A stretch of DNA of 62,340 bases, the filler included, from Nemertoderma westbladi (taxonomy: Eukaryota > Animalia > Xenacoelomorpha): assembly GCA_032718475.1 (NCBI GenBank). It is 4 parts of 4 records of this genome, joined end to end, with 100 filler letters (N's around TTAATTAATTAA, not from the genome) between each part and the next. Parts side by side here need not be neighbours in the genome. Positions count along the whole stretch, not along the records: positions 1 to 18,994 come from JAUCBJ010007775.1; 3 more parts are not named here. One strand, given 5' to 3'. The notes below the pieces were generated by a model. It searched no databases. It was not told the DNA's origin and worked only from the letters and a program-made list of their open reading frames with translations. The translations under genes were made by a program, and so were the position numbers. Within the stretch, counting starts at the first letter, position 1. Each line of letters begins with the position of its first letter. This document shows, in pieces, positions 1 through 11,200 of the stretch.

Positions 1-1186
1 TGATTATTGATATTCTTCAAGTAATAACATCCAATTATACTGATACAAAATTACAAACAGTAAAAGCAGTATGACGGTAGGTTAAGATATAATTAGATTG
101 CATTGAATCGTTTGTTTGATTGAATTGGGAAGATAATAGCTATGCTTTCTATAATTTAGCCTACTAATGTTCTTATAAAAAGGCAGAAAACATTTCGCTA
201 TTTCAACACGGTCTTAAAACACTGATAATAAAGTCTCAAAATCATAACAAAAGTCCCGTGACTTTAGCTCTCTTATTTTCCAAGAATCCCGTTCAACACA
301 TGTAATCAGCAGTGAGACAGGATAATTTCAGTTCAGTAGCTCGGGATTGGTCGAAATCAGAACTAACTCAACGCAGGGCTATGGGTAACTGGGGCAACCT
401 TCCCAAGCCGGCTGTCCAATCGAACAGCTCAGATCCCTCCTAAAGGATTCCAACGCCTTGGAAGGGGGAACTGGTTAGCAAAGAAAACAAATCAGTCATA
501 TCCCAGAAAAACCTTTACAGTAGGTTTCAGAGTATTTTAGCGTATGGGGGAAAAACTGGGTTGCGGGGCGAAGGGCCAGTTACATCCCACAGAAGCTTTT
601 ACAGAAATTTTCCAATTATGTTAACATAAATACAGTCTGACAGTAATCTGGTAATAGTCAGATAGTGCTGTAGTTGTAGTAGTAGTAGTAGTAGAGTAGG
701 TCAACGTCAACTGACTGTTTTTAAATGCAGATGTGATCAAGATGCGAGCGTAGCGAGCACGACAATTTTAACATTTCAGCATTTAAAGTAGGCAAACCGA
801 CTGTTTTCCAATGCAGAAATGCAGATGTCATTACCGGTAAATTGCGAGCGTAGCGAGCACGGAAATTCTGCTGAATCATGCAGGCTTTCATGGTTTTATT
901 GGTTTGAAGAATCTGACAATTGAAAAACTTTTGAAACAATAAGTAATGTTTTTAATGGTCATGCTCAACCTGTCCGTTTCCATTTGTCCACAGCCAGACA
1001 GTACTAACAGACTAAAGAGTAGATTTACAGCATAAGTATACAGCGAGCGAAGCGAGCGGACATTTTTCAATCTTTTTAAACCTATGGAATAATTTCAAAT
1101 AGACAGATAGAGCTGTAGAGTGGGATGTGTTGCTAGTGCACTGCTACGCTACCTCCTACTGTCCCAACCTGACCCTACATCCATAT

Positions 1187-1310
1187 TCGCGCCAGGACCG
1201 CCAGGATCCTCAATGCGCGCCACACGCCCCTGTCACTACGCGCCAGGATCCTTAATCCGCGCCACACGCCCCTGTCACTACGCGCCAGGATCCTTAATCC
1301 GCGCCACACA
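1187..1310. repeat. Short tandem repeat, ~42-bp unit, ~3 copies
   Basis: GCGCCACACGCCCCTGTCACTACGCGCCAGGATCCTTAATCC recurs in tandem; it explains the repetitive ORF 1120-1404. Confidence 0.85.
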
Positions 1311-2008
1311 TGTTGAGCAAACTCTACATAAATTCCAACCTGGCTCCATGCCAAATATCAGAATCATTCATTGCGTTCCCTATGACAAGATAGCTTTTTC
1401 CTAAACCATGCGAAAACACGCAAATATAGCGCTCACATCGCACAAATACCATTACGACACCCAATTTTTTGTATGAGCCTTCGCCATCCCTATATCTAAC
1501 TTTTGTCCAAATTTTGTTTCGATTGATTAATAAATAACTGAGATATCGCTCTGGACACACACACACATTACGGTAATAATGGTCACTTATGTCAAAGACC
1601 GTGAACCAATACAGTATATAGCCCTCAACTCCAGATCTTTCATGTATTCCTTATTTGCCATATTGCACTTCTGTGTATTCCAAGTTTGTACCAGTATCTT
1701 ATTTTTTCACCGTCTTAGTATAATTAGCCCAATCTATATCCTTTCAGCCTTATGCAACTATGACTATATTGGTTTTTATCTATACCGGTAATGTTCGTTT
1801 TTATTTAGTTTCACTTTCTTCCTATATTTTGTTGTCAATTAAACAATTCCAATTCCAGCTACCCAGCGACCGGTAGGCCTAGGTAGCTGGCGTACCCAGG
1901 TACCGCGTACCGGTACGTCATATTACACGATTACAGTGTACAGCATTACCGGTAATACAGTAATACCAGATTACTGCAGTAGGTACCAGGGTACTGTAAT
2001 ACAGTAAT

Positions 2009-2314
2009 ATGGTTTGTGATAAATGTGATAAAAAATTGGGGAAAGTTATAGTCCCAGATCCTTGGAAAACCGGATCTAAAAACAACACAGAAGGAGGTGG
2101 CCGAAAACTCCACGAGAATAAACTCCTTACCGCGAAGAAAAACCGTTTCTCTCCATATGTTGGGTCGACATTCGCGAAATGTAGGATATGTAAATCTAGC
2201 GTCCACCAACAGGGCTCCAGGTATTGCCAACAATGCGCGTTTAAGAACGGTATCTGTGCGATGTGTGGCAAGATGATGATTGACACACGGGATTATAAAC
2301 AGACGTCGGTGTGA
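2009..2314 (+). CDS. CRIPT: Cysteine-rich PDZ-binding protein CRIPT, coding region intronless
   Basis: 101 aa; starts MVCDKCDKKLGKVIVPDPWK, contains GGRKLHENKLLT and CxxC pairs (CRIC, CQQC, CAMC), and ends in the PDZ-binding tail YKQTSV. Confidence 0.96.
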   Translation: MVCDKCDKKLGKVIVPDPWKTGSKNNTEGGGRKLHENKLLTAKKNRFSPYVGSTFAKCRICKSSVHQQGSRYCQQCAFKNGICAMCGKMMIDTRDYKQTSV

Positions 2315-4393
2315 CAGTCACATGCTGACATGTAATTGACATTGGGACCGGTCTATCGGTGACTGGTACCGGTTGAACGCTGCCAGGTTCTGGGTAGCCC
2401 AGTAGGCAGGCATCTGTGCAGCCGTTGGCCGTCCGATCCGAGCAACTCGCTACTTGTGACTTGAGTCTACCTTCGCTGAATCGAGCGGCGATTTGTTCCT
2501 ATATGATTTGTTCAGATACCGACATCTGGACATACCGGCATAATTCCTAATGCTGTAATGCCTCTAGTCTATAACCAGATAACCTGCTGACCTGTTAACG
2601 TTACGACTGGAAGTTACTACCGGTACGCCAGTCGCTACTCTAGCTACCGGTACCTATACCTACGCCTACACCTACAGGAAACCTCTCCACGCTGCTCACC
2701 ATCGCCTCCGTTCCTTATGAACTTAGAAACTTATGAAAATATAATTTTCCCTTCCCGCTCAATTTATATCTTTTAGAAAAATTATGCCAAGTTTTCAGCG
2801 CTACTGCGGTGATATATTTTATTTATTTATATTTATTTCAGCCAAAGCCATACCGAAGTTCAGTAGTAAAAATAAACATTAACAAAACCAGTAAATAACA
2901 AACTGACAAAGTAAGGTAACATATGAAAAGTGTTTTTTTTTCTATTAATATAAAATAACTATACCGGTAGTAGGCCTATACTATACTAGACTTTCCAACA
3001 AACAAGTCTATTACTACTGTCGCATAGTCTATTTTCTATTTAGCAATTAATACTTAATCGCCTCTGGTTGCTTTATTTTAATTTTTGGAATACCGTATAC
3101 TGTATCTATTCTAGATAGGCCTACCATTAGAACTGATTTATTGTTAAACATGGTTGAAATGAAATGTTCTTTGAAAGTACAAAAATACAATTAATTAAGA
3201 AATATAATTAAAAATAAAATCCAGTAATATAGTTTCAGTTTCCGATGACACGGACCAACACAACTAAGTTCTACTCACCGTCCATTACCATACTGAGCCC
3301 GAATTTTAGAGTTATTTTCAACTTTTAAAAACAATAATTTAAAATTGTCTTTCGTGAAATCGTATCGCAAGTATCCATTCTTCACATTAGACTCAATATC
3401 GTATCTTATATCACTAGAAAGCTTACTTTGCAAGGATACCAAATTTTGTAGAGTTTCGTAATTCGTTTAGAAACAGCTGATTAATAATTTATCGTTCGCC
3501 GGGAGGCCATTTATTATATTTAATGTGTAGGTTACTTCACAGAGATATTGTATAGACATACCTTTGTTACCCAGCTAATAATGAAATATATATTACTTTT
3601 TAGAATGTTGTGTATTAATTAAATACTGTATAATAAATGGCCCCCATTGAACAATAATTCATGCAATCGTTGAATGCCAATAACTCAGCTGTTTCACAAC
3701 AAAACTCAGACTATACAGATAATAGATGGAAAACTTGTAACGGAATCTTTTTCATCAAGCATAAAAATCACTAATAATGTGAAGACCGGCCACGGGATTG
3801 TGAAATTTTACAAGATGAGGAAGATACACTTTTTTATAGCGCTTTTGAAAAATTCAAAGGGCAAATTATAAAATTATGACTCAGTAATAAAAAAAAATAA
3901 ATCCGGTAGACGCAGGCAAGTCTTGCTCGCTAAATATACACTTTTTGTTAGGAGTTTTTTGTAGCAAAGGAAACATTTAAATCCGGTCTGGACACTGGGC
4001 TGTAGTGAGAAACAGTGTCAAACACTCATCTCGTTTTTGTTCAATAACGTTTTGTTACATTTAGTGTGATATGGTCTATAACCCCTAATGGTATATTTTG
4101 GATAGTGTATCGTAATACTCTCTCCCAGTTATTTATGTTCTGCGTTAATGTACTAACTTTTATTATAGTTTGTGTTCGTTTGTCCAAAATATTGAATCAT
4201 ATTGACTGTAAATCCAAATAAATACAGCCGGACAATGTTTCCATGTTTATCTAACTTCTATTTGTTTTACTGTAATAAAGCAAAATAGCGATTTGGGGCC
4301 ATCCGAGAAAATATGTAATTTATTATTTGTGTTATCGTTATGGGTGAATGACATTATGGCATATTATGGGATGTATATTAATATTTCTCAGAT

Positions 4394-4651
4394 AGGGGGA
4401 AACTGGACGCAATAAAAATCCATCCCTCTCCAGGGGAAGTTGGACGTAAATAACAGCTGATTATTCTCAAAAATAAAACTGTAACCTGTTATATTGTCTT
4501 CAGTTTATTGTTTTGGTTAAAATAACGTGCCACTGTAACCTGCTCCTTTCACTAAATTGAGAATTTAACATTGAGGCGGGATATTTTATTTATTTATATA
4601 ATATAATATAATATATTTTATTTTTAATTGTTATTTGGGTCCAGTTCCCCC
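4394..4651. mobile_element. Possible small MITE upstream of JMJD7
   Basis: GGGGAAACTGGAC (~4396) and GTCCAGTTCCCC (~4639) form imperfect inverted ends; no TSD resolved. Confidence 0.3.
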
Positions 4652-4924
4652 CCCCCCCTCCCCCTGTCTCATATTTCTTATCTTATTGTTAAATCGAAAA
4701 TTGTCGGGCATCCCAATTTTTTGACACCCTATCCGAATTTGCGACCCTCTCATATTTTATAATCATATATATTTCCTGTAATCTCACCCCTTGGTTATTA
4801 AATCTCGCCCTATGATTATTCAATCTCATCTGTGGTTTTTCAATATCGCTTATGTTTATTCTATCTCGCCCTATGTTTCCATATCGCCCAAGTAACTTTT
4901 GTTGTTAATTGAAATAAATTAACA

Positions 4925-5857
4925 ATGCAACGTTGTTTCTCGGAATTATCTCAAGAAGCGAAAAGCCTTTACCTTGGCAACCAGGTGTCTGTATTAGACT
5001 CGCCACCCAGCCCTATAGAGTTCCTAAGAGACTGGGTCAGCTACAACCGACCCGTAAAGATACGCAACGCTTTATCGCATTGGCCCGCGTGTCGGACCTG
5101 GAGTCTGGATCACCTCGGGGAGAGACTGCGAGACACCGATGTGACGGTATCCGTGACACCCGACGGCTATGCGGACGCGGTACGCGAGGGAACGTTCCGT
5201 ATCGCCGAGGAACGTCGGATGTTGTTCCCACAGTTCGTGGAACTCCTCACTGGGGATCAACCACGACCCAATAGCGTCTTTTACGTACAGAAACAGAACT
5301 CTAATCTAACTGACGTTTCTGAGTTCGGCGGTTTGATGGGGGATATTTCGTCTCTCGAATGGGCTGATTTAGCATTCGGGGGTCAGGGAGTGAAGCCTGA
5401 TGCTATAAACATTTGGATAGGAGAAGAAAATGCTATTACTTCGCTGCATAAAGATTTTTATGAGAATATATATTGCGTTATACGCGGAAGGAAGGAGTTT
5501 ATTCTATATCCACCTACCGATCTACCATTTCTTCCGTATAAATCCTTCCCGGTTGTCTCTTATAAGGAGGCAACCGATGGTAATTGGGACCTCGTACCTC
5601 AAGAAGGTACAGTCCCCTGGATTGTTGTCGACCCCTTGCGGCCCGATTTAAACTCTTACCCAGAGTTTGGTAAAGCCACTCCTTACCGCGTAGTGGTAGA
5701 AGAAGGAGAAGTTCTATATCTTCCCAGTTTATGGTTCCATCATGTCAGCCAATCGCAAGGCTGTATTGCCTTAAACTTTTGGTACGATATGGCTTTTGAT
5801 GCGAAATACTGCTACTATCGATTTCTAGAAAATTTATTGAAATTAGATAAGACCTAA
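4925..5857 (+). CDS. JMJD7: JmjC-domain protein JMJD7 (lysyl hydroxylase family), coding region intronless
   Basis: 310 aa; PSPIEFLRDWVSYNRPV, VSVTPDGYADAV, YVQKQNSNL; Fe-binding HxD in TSLHKDFYENIYCV and distal His in LYLPSLWFHHV; ends NFWYDMAFD. Confidence 0.93.
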   Translation: MQRCFSELSQEAKSLYLGNQVSVLDSPPSPIEFLRDWVSYNRPVKIRNALSHWPACRTWSLDHLGERLRDTDVTVSVTPDGYADAVREGTFRIAEERRMLFPQFVELLTGDQPRPNSVFYVQKQNSNLTDVSEFGGLMGDISSLEWADLAFGGQGVKPDAINIWIGEENAITSLHKDFYENIYCVIRGRKEFILYPPTDLPFLPYKSFPVVSYKEATDGNWDLVPQEGTVPWIVVDPLRPDLNSYPEFGKATPYRVVVEEGEVLYLPSLWFHHVSQSQGCIALNFWYDMAFDAKYCYYRFLENLLKLDKT

Positions 5858-6544
5858 TACTGTAGCTAGTTTATTATTATATGTACAAGTACAAATCAAT
5901 GAGGTACCAATTTGATTAATACATTATTTCAATTTAATTTTGTTCTTTATCAATTCCAGTATACTTCACGTTCATGGGGCCTTCGCATTGGTCGAAAAGT
6001 AAGCACGCTTATCATACGGGCACCACTCTAGGGAGACTGGGGTACTACTGAGTCCCCACCACGCCAGGGTTTGGAAAACATTGTTTTTTGAAAAACTACA
6101 AAACAAGTGTTTTTATATAAATTAATATTATTATGTAGGCCAATATTTTTACGCACAATTCTTTCCCAGACCATGTAGAAATGACCCCACATAAAGAATG
6201 ATTCCCATAGTTAGTTTAATTTAATTAAAGATTCAGTGAATTATTAGCCTTCAAACATTTACCGACAGACGGACCGACAACCGTTGAACCACGTTCCACA
6301 CGTGGACTGAGAAAAGTCACCTGGTTAGCCTCAGTGCTTGTTACTAATTATTGTATGGGGGGGGGGGGGGGGGGCAGACCCACCCCATTTTCAAACTTTT
6401 CTCAACATTTATTTTTACTATTTAATCTAGAGCAGATTTTTATCAAGATTCCAAATTTGAAAACCGTTTAGCAATCCGTCAGTATGCCTGTCAGTCAATA
6501 AAAAAAGCGTACTATCTACTGTATCTAAACAATTCCCTACAAGG

Positions 6545-7190
6545 GTTTTCGTGGTCGGTGACTTTCATTTGGGTGGGAGAAAGACTTGGGGGTGACCTTC
6601 CAAAACAACCTCACATTCGGGAAACACATTGCCACCATCGCAAAGAAAGCCAATGGAATAACTGGCCTTATTGCTCGAACCTTTAAACATCTGGACAGTG
6701 TCACGCTAGTCAACTTATTCAAAGACCTCGTGAGACCAATTCTAGAATATGCATCCCCAGTATGGTCGCCACACCGTGTAAATGAAATACGACTTTTGGA
6801 ATCTGTCCAACGTCGGGTGACCAGACTATTTCTTAATCTCCGTAACTTAGCCTATCCGGAAAGATTAAAGCGACTAGGTCTCCCGACCCTTGAGTATCGC
6901 CGTTGTCGCGCCGACCTGATCCAGGTGTACCGTTACCTTGCGGGTATCGACAACGCTGACTGCAGCATGTTCGAACTTTACACGACTGGTCTACGCGGCC
7001 ACTCATTCAAGCTCCAGAAACTCCGTGCTCGGCTGCTGCAGAGAAACACGACATTCCACTTCCGATTCATCGATCCCTGGAACTCGCTATCCAATGCCGT
7101 TGTAACCGCCCCCAACCTTAACTCCTTTAAAACCCGTTTGAACTCCCACTTTAAAGATTTCCCGCTTAAATTTACTCATCATGGTGGTCC
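6545..7190 (+). mobile_element. 3' fragment of a CR1-group LINE (post-RT C-terminus of ORF2)
   Basis: EKDLGVTF, VRPILEYASPVWSPH, LESVQRRVTR, YPERLKRLGLPTLEYRR, LRGHSFKL, WNSL; RT core absent (5' truncated). Confidence 0.85.
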
Positions 7191-7716
7191 ATGTAAAAGT
7201 AAAATATCTTCCATAGTAACTCTTAACTTTTTACTCTTTTTACTTATTAACTTTTAATATATTTCTCGCCTTAATTAAAACTTTTATCACCACTTTTTAA
7301 CTTTTTCTAACCTTAATTAAAACTTTTAGATTGCCACTTTTTAACTAACTTTTTGTAACCTCTATTAAAACTTTTTTTTATCACCATTTAATTATACACA
7401 TTAGACCTCGTTAATATTTAATATCTCAATAACTAATTGACAAACTGCATTTACAGTATCTACTTTGATCCTATATAATCGACGTTTTTAACTACAGTAT
7501 GTACATTTAATAGTTTTTACTCGCGGCTTTACTGTTCTTTCTTAATTTAATTTTTAACTTTCTTTTAATTTTAACCAAATAATTAAATATAAGTTTTAAA
7601 AATGCAACCTATAATTAAATCAAGTTTTTAAATATATAAATTTGTTCGTCCTATTTGTGTAAACCATAATTTTATTTCACGTTCGACTTTGTGTAATTTA
7701 AGATATTTTTAAGTCC

Positions 7717-7781
7717 TAAAAAAACATGTGAAAAGTAATGTAAATTATGGCAATTTACATTACTTTTCACATGTTTTTTTA
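7717..7781. repeat. Perfect 30-bp inverted repeat with 5-nt loop
   Basis: TAAAAAAACATGTGAAAAGTAATGTAAATT-ATGGC-AATTTACATTACTTTTCACATGTTTTTTTA. Confidence 0.9.
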
Positions 7782-8264
7782 AGTATGATTTTATGCTACA
7801 TACTTACGTTTACGTACACTCTTATCAACTAACATTAATTAGTGCTAGGTATTAGTAGGTAAGGTACTTAGTTTGTTTCAGTTTAAATATTTTGACAGTA
7901 GTTTTATATTATGTCTGCACAGGTGCAATAAGCTTCTGCTTCCTCCACCTCATTATTAAACATTAAACATTTCTGATGTCATTATTTAAATTTGACCTCG
8001 TCGTTTCTGCTAAATAAATAGAGACACTTGGCACACCCAAACTGGGCCCATAGGAGATTCGCCCATGTGAAGAATACCAAAATTTCACTTTTCAGACGAC
8101 TTTTTATTGGAATTTTAAGAAGATTTTTTATTTTTCTTAATTTATCTTTATTAAGTGCTTTATAGCGCTTGTTTCTGTCTTATAACCTGTACATATATTA
8201 ATTCGTTTATTGTTTTGGTTAGATTTAGTCAGCCCTTCTGTAACCTGTGTTTTTGGTGAAAACC

Positions 8265-11200
8265 TGGTATTCTTCCTTCACATGGGGGTAACTGCAAACT
8301 GAAATATAACGGCATAAAGTCTGGTATTCTTCACATGGGCGTAACTGCAAAGTGAAATATAACGGCAGAAAGTCTGGTATTCTTCACATGGGCGTAACTG
8401 CAAAGTGAAATATAACGGCAGAAAGTCTGGTATTCTTCACATGGGCGTAACTGCAAAGTGAAATATAACGGCAGAAAGTCTGGTATTCTTCACATGGGCG
8501 TAACTGCAAAGTGAAATATAACGGCAGAAAGTCTGGTATTCTTCACATGGGCGTAACTGCAAAGTGAAATATAACGGCAGAAAGTCTGGTATTCTTCACA
8601 TGGGCGTAACTGCAAAGTGAAATATAACAGCAGAAAGTCTGGTATTTTTCACATGGGCGTAACTGCAAAGTGAAATATAACAGCAGAAAGTCTGGTATTT
8701 TTCACATGGGCGTAACTGCAAAGTGAAATATAACGGCAGAAAGTCTGGTATTCTTCACATGGGCGTAACTGCAAAGTGAGATATAACGACAGAAAGTCTG
8801 GTATTCTTCACATGGGGGTAACTGCACAGTGAAATATAACAGCAGAAAGTCTGGTATTCTTCACATGGGCGTAACTGCAAAGTGAAATATAACAGCAGAA
8901 AGTCTGGTATTTTTCACATGGGCGTAACTGCAAAGTGAAATATAACGGCAGAAAGTCTGGTATTCTTCACATGGGCGTAACTGCAAAGTGAGATATAACG
9001 ACAGAAAGTCTGGTATTCTTCACATGGGGGTAACTGCAAAGTGAGATATAACAGCAGAAAGTCTGGTATTCTTTACATGGGCGTAACTACAAAGTAAAAT
9101 ATAACGGCATAGAGTCTGGTATTCTTCACATGGGGTAACTGCAAAGTGAAATATAACGACAGAAAGTCTGGGTATTCTTCACATGGGGGTAACTGCAAAG
9201 TGAAATATAACAGCAGAAAGTCTGGTATTCTTCACATGGGCGTAACTGCAAAGTGAAATATAACGGCAGAAAGTCTGGGTATTCTTCACATGGGGGTAAC
9301 TGCAAAGTGAAATATAACAGCAGAAAGTCTGGTATTCTTCACATGGGCGTAACTGCAAAGTGAAATATAACGGCAGAAAGTCTGGTATTCTTCACATGGG
9401 CGTAACTGCAAAGTGAAATATAACGACAGAAAGTCTGGTATTCTTCACATGGGCGTAACTGCAAAGTGAAATATAACAGCAGAAAGTCTGGTATTCTTCA
9501 CATGGGCGTAACTGCAAAGTGAAATATAACGGCAGAAAGTCTGGGTATTCTTCACATGGGGGTAACTACAAAGTGAAATATAACAGCAGAAAGTCTGGTA
9601 TTCTTCACATGGGCGTAACTGCAAAGTGAAATATAACGGCAGAAAGTCTGGTATTCTTCACATGGGCGTAACTGCAAAGTGAAATATAACGACAGAAAGT
9701 CTGGTATTCTTCACATGGGCGTAACTGCAAAGTGAAATATAACGGCAGAAAGTCTGGTATTCTTCACATGGGCGTAACTGCAAAGTGAAATATAACAGCA
9801 GAAAGTCTGGTATTCTTCACATGGGCGTAACTGTAAAGTGAAATATAACGGCAGAAAGTCTGGGTATTCTTCACATGGGGGTAACTGCAAAGTGAAATAT
9901 AACGGCAGAAAGTCTGGTATTCTTCACATGGGCGTAACTGCAAAGTGAAATATAACGGCAGAAAGTCTGGTATTCTTCACATGGGCGTAACTGCAAAGTG
10001 AAATATAACGGCAGAAAGTCTGGTATTCTTCACATGGGCGTAACTGCAAAGTGAAATATAACAGCAGAAAGTCTGGTATTTTTCACATGGGCGTAACTGC
10101 AAAGTGAAATATAACAGCAGAAAGTCTGGTATTTTTCACATGGGCGTAACTGCAAAGTGAAATATAACGGCAGAAAGTCTGGTATTCTTCACATGGGCGT
10201 AACTGCAAAGTGAGATATAACGACAGAAAGTCTGGTATTCTTCACATGGGGGTAACTGCAAAGTGAAATATAACAGCAGAAAGTCTGGTATTCTTCACAT
10301 GGGCGTAACTGCAAAGTGAAATATAACAGCAGAAAGTCTGGTATTTTTCACATGGGCGTAACTGCAAAGTGAAATATAACGGCAGAAAGTCTGGTATTCT
10401 TCACATGGGCGTAACTGCAAAGTGAGATATAACGACAGAAAGTCTGGTATTCTTCACATGGGGGTAACTGCAAAGTGAGATATAACAGCAGAAAGTCTGG
10501 TATTCTTTACATGGGCGTAACTACAAAGTAAAATATAACGGCATAAAGTCTGGTATTCTTCACATGGGGTAACTGCAAAGTGAAATATAACGACAGAAAG
10601 TCTGGGTATTCTTCACATGGGGGTAACTGCAAAGTGAAATATAACAGCAGAAAGTCTGGTATTCTTCACATGGGCGTAACTGCAAAGTGAAATATAACGG
10701 CAGAAAGTCTGGGTATTCTTCACATGGGGGTAACTGCAAAGTGAAATATAACAGCAGAAAGTCTGGTATTCTTCACATGGGCGTAACTGCAAAGTGAAAT
10801 ATAACGGCAGAAAGTCTGGTATTCTTCACATGGGCGTAACTGCAAAGTGAAATATAACGACAGAAAGTCTGGTATTCTTCACATGGGCGTAACTGCAAAG
10901 TGAAATATAACAGCAGAAAGTCTGGTATTCTTCACATGGGCGTAACTGCAAAGTGAAATATAACGGCAGAAAGTCTGGGTATTCTTCACATGGGGGTAAC
11001 TACAAAGTGAAATATAACAGCAGAAAGTCTGGTATTCTTCACATGGGCGTAACTGCAAAGTGAAATATAACGGCAGAAAGTCTGGTATTCTTCACATGGG
11101 CGTAACTGCAAAGTGAAATATAACGACAGAAAGTCTGGTATTCTTCACATGGGCGTAACTGCAAAGTGAAATATAACGGCAGAAAGTCTGGTATTCTTCA

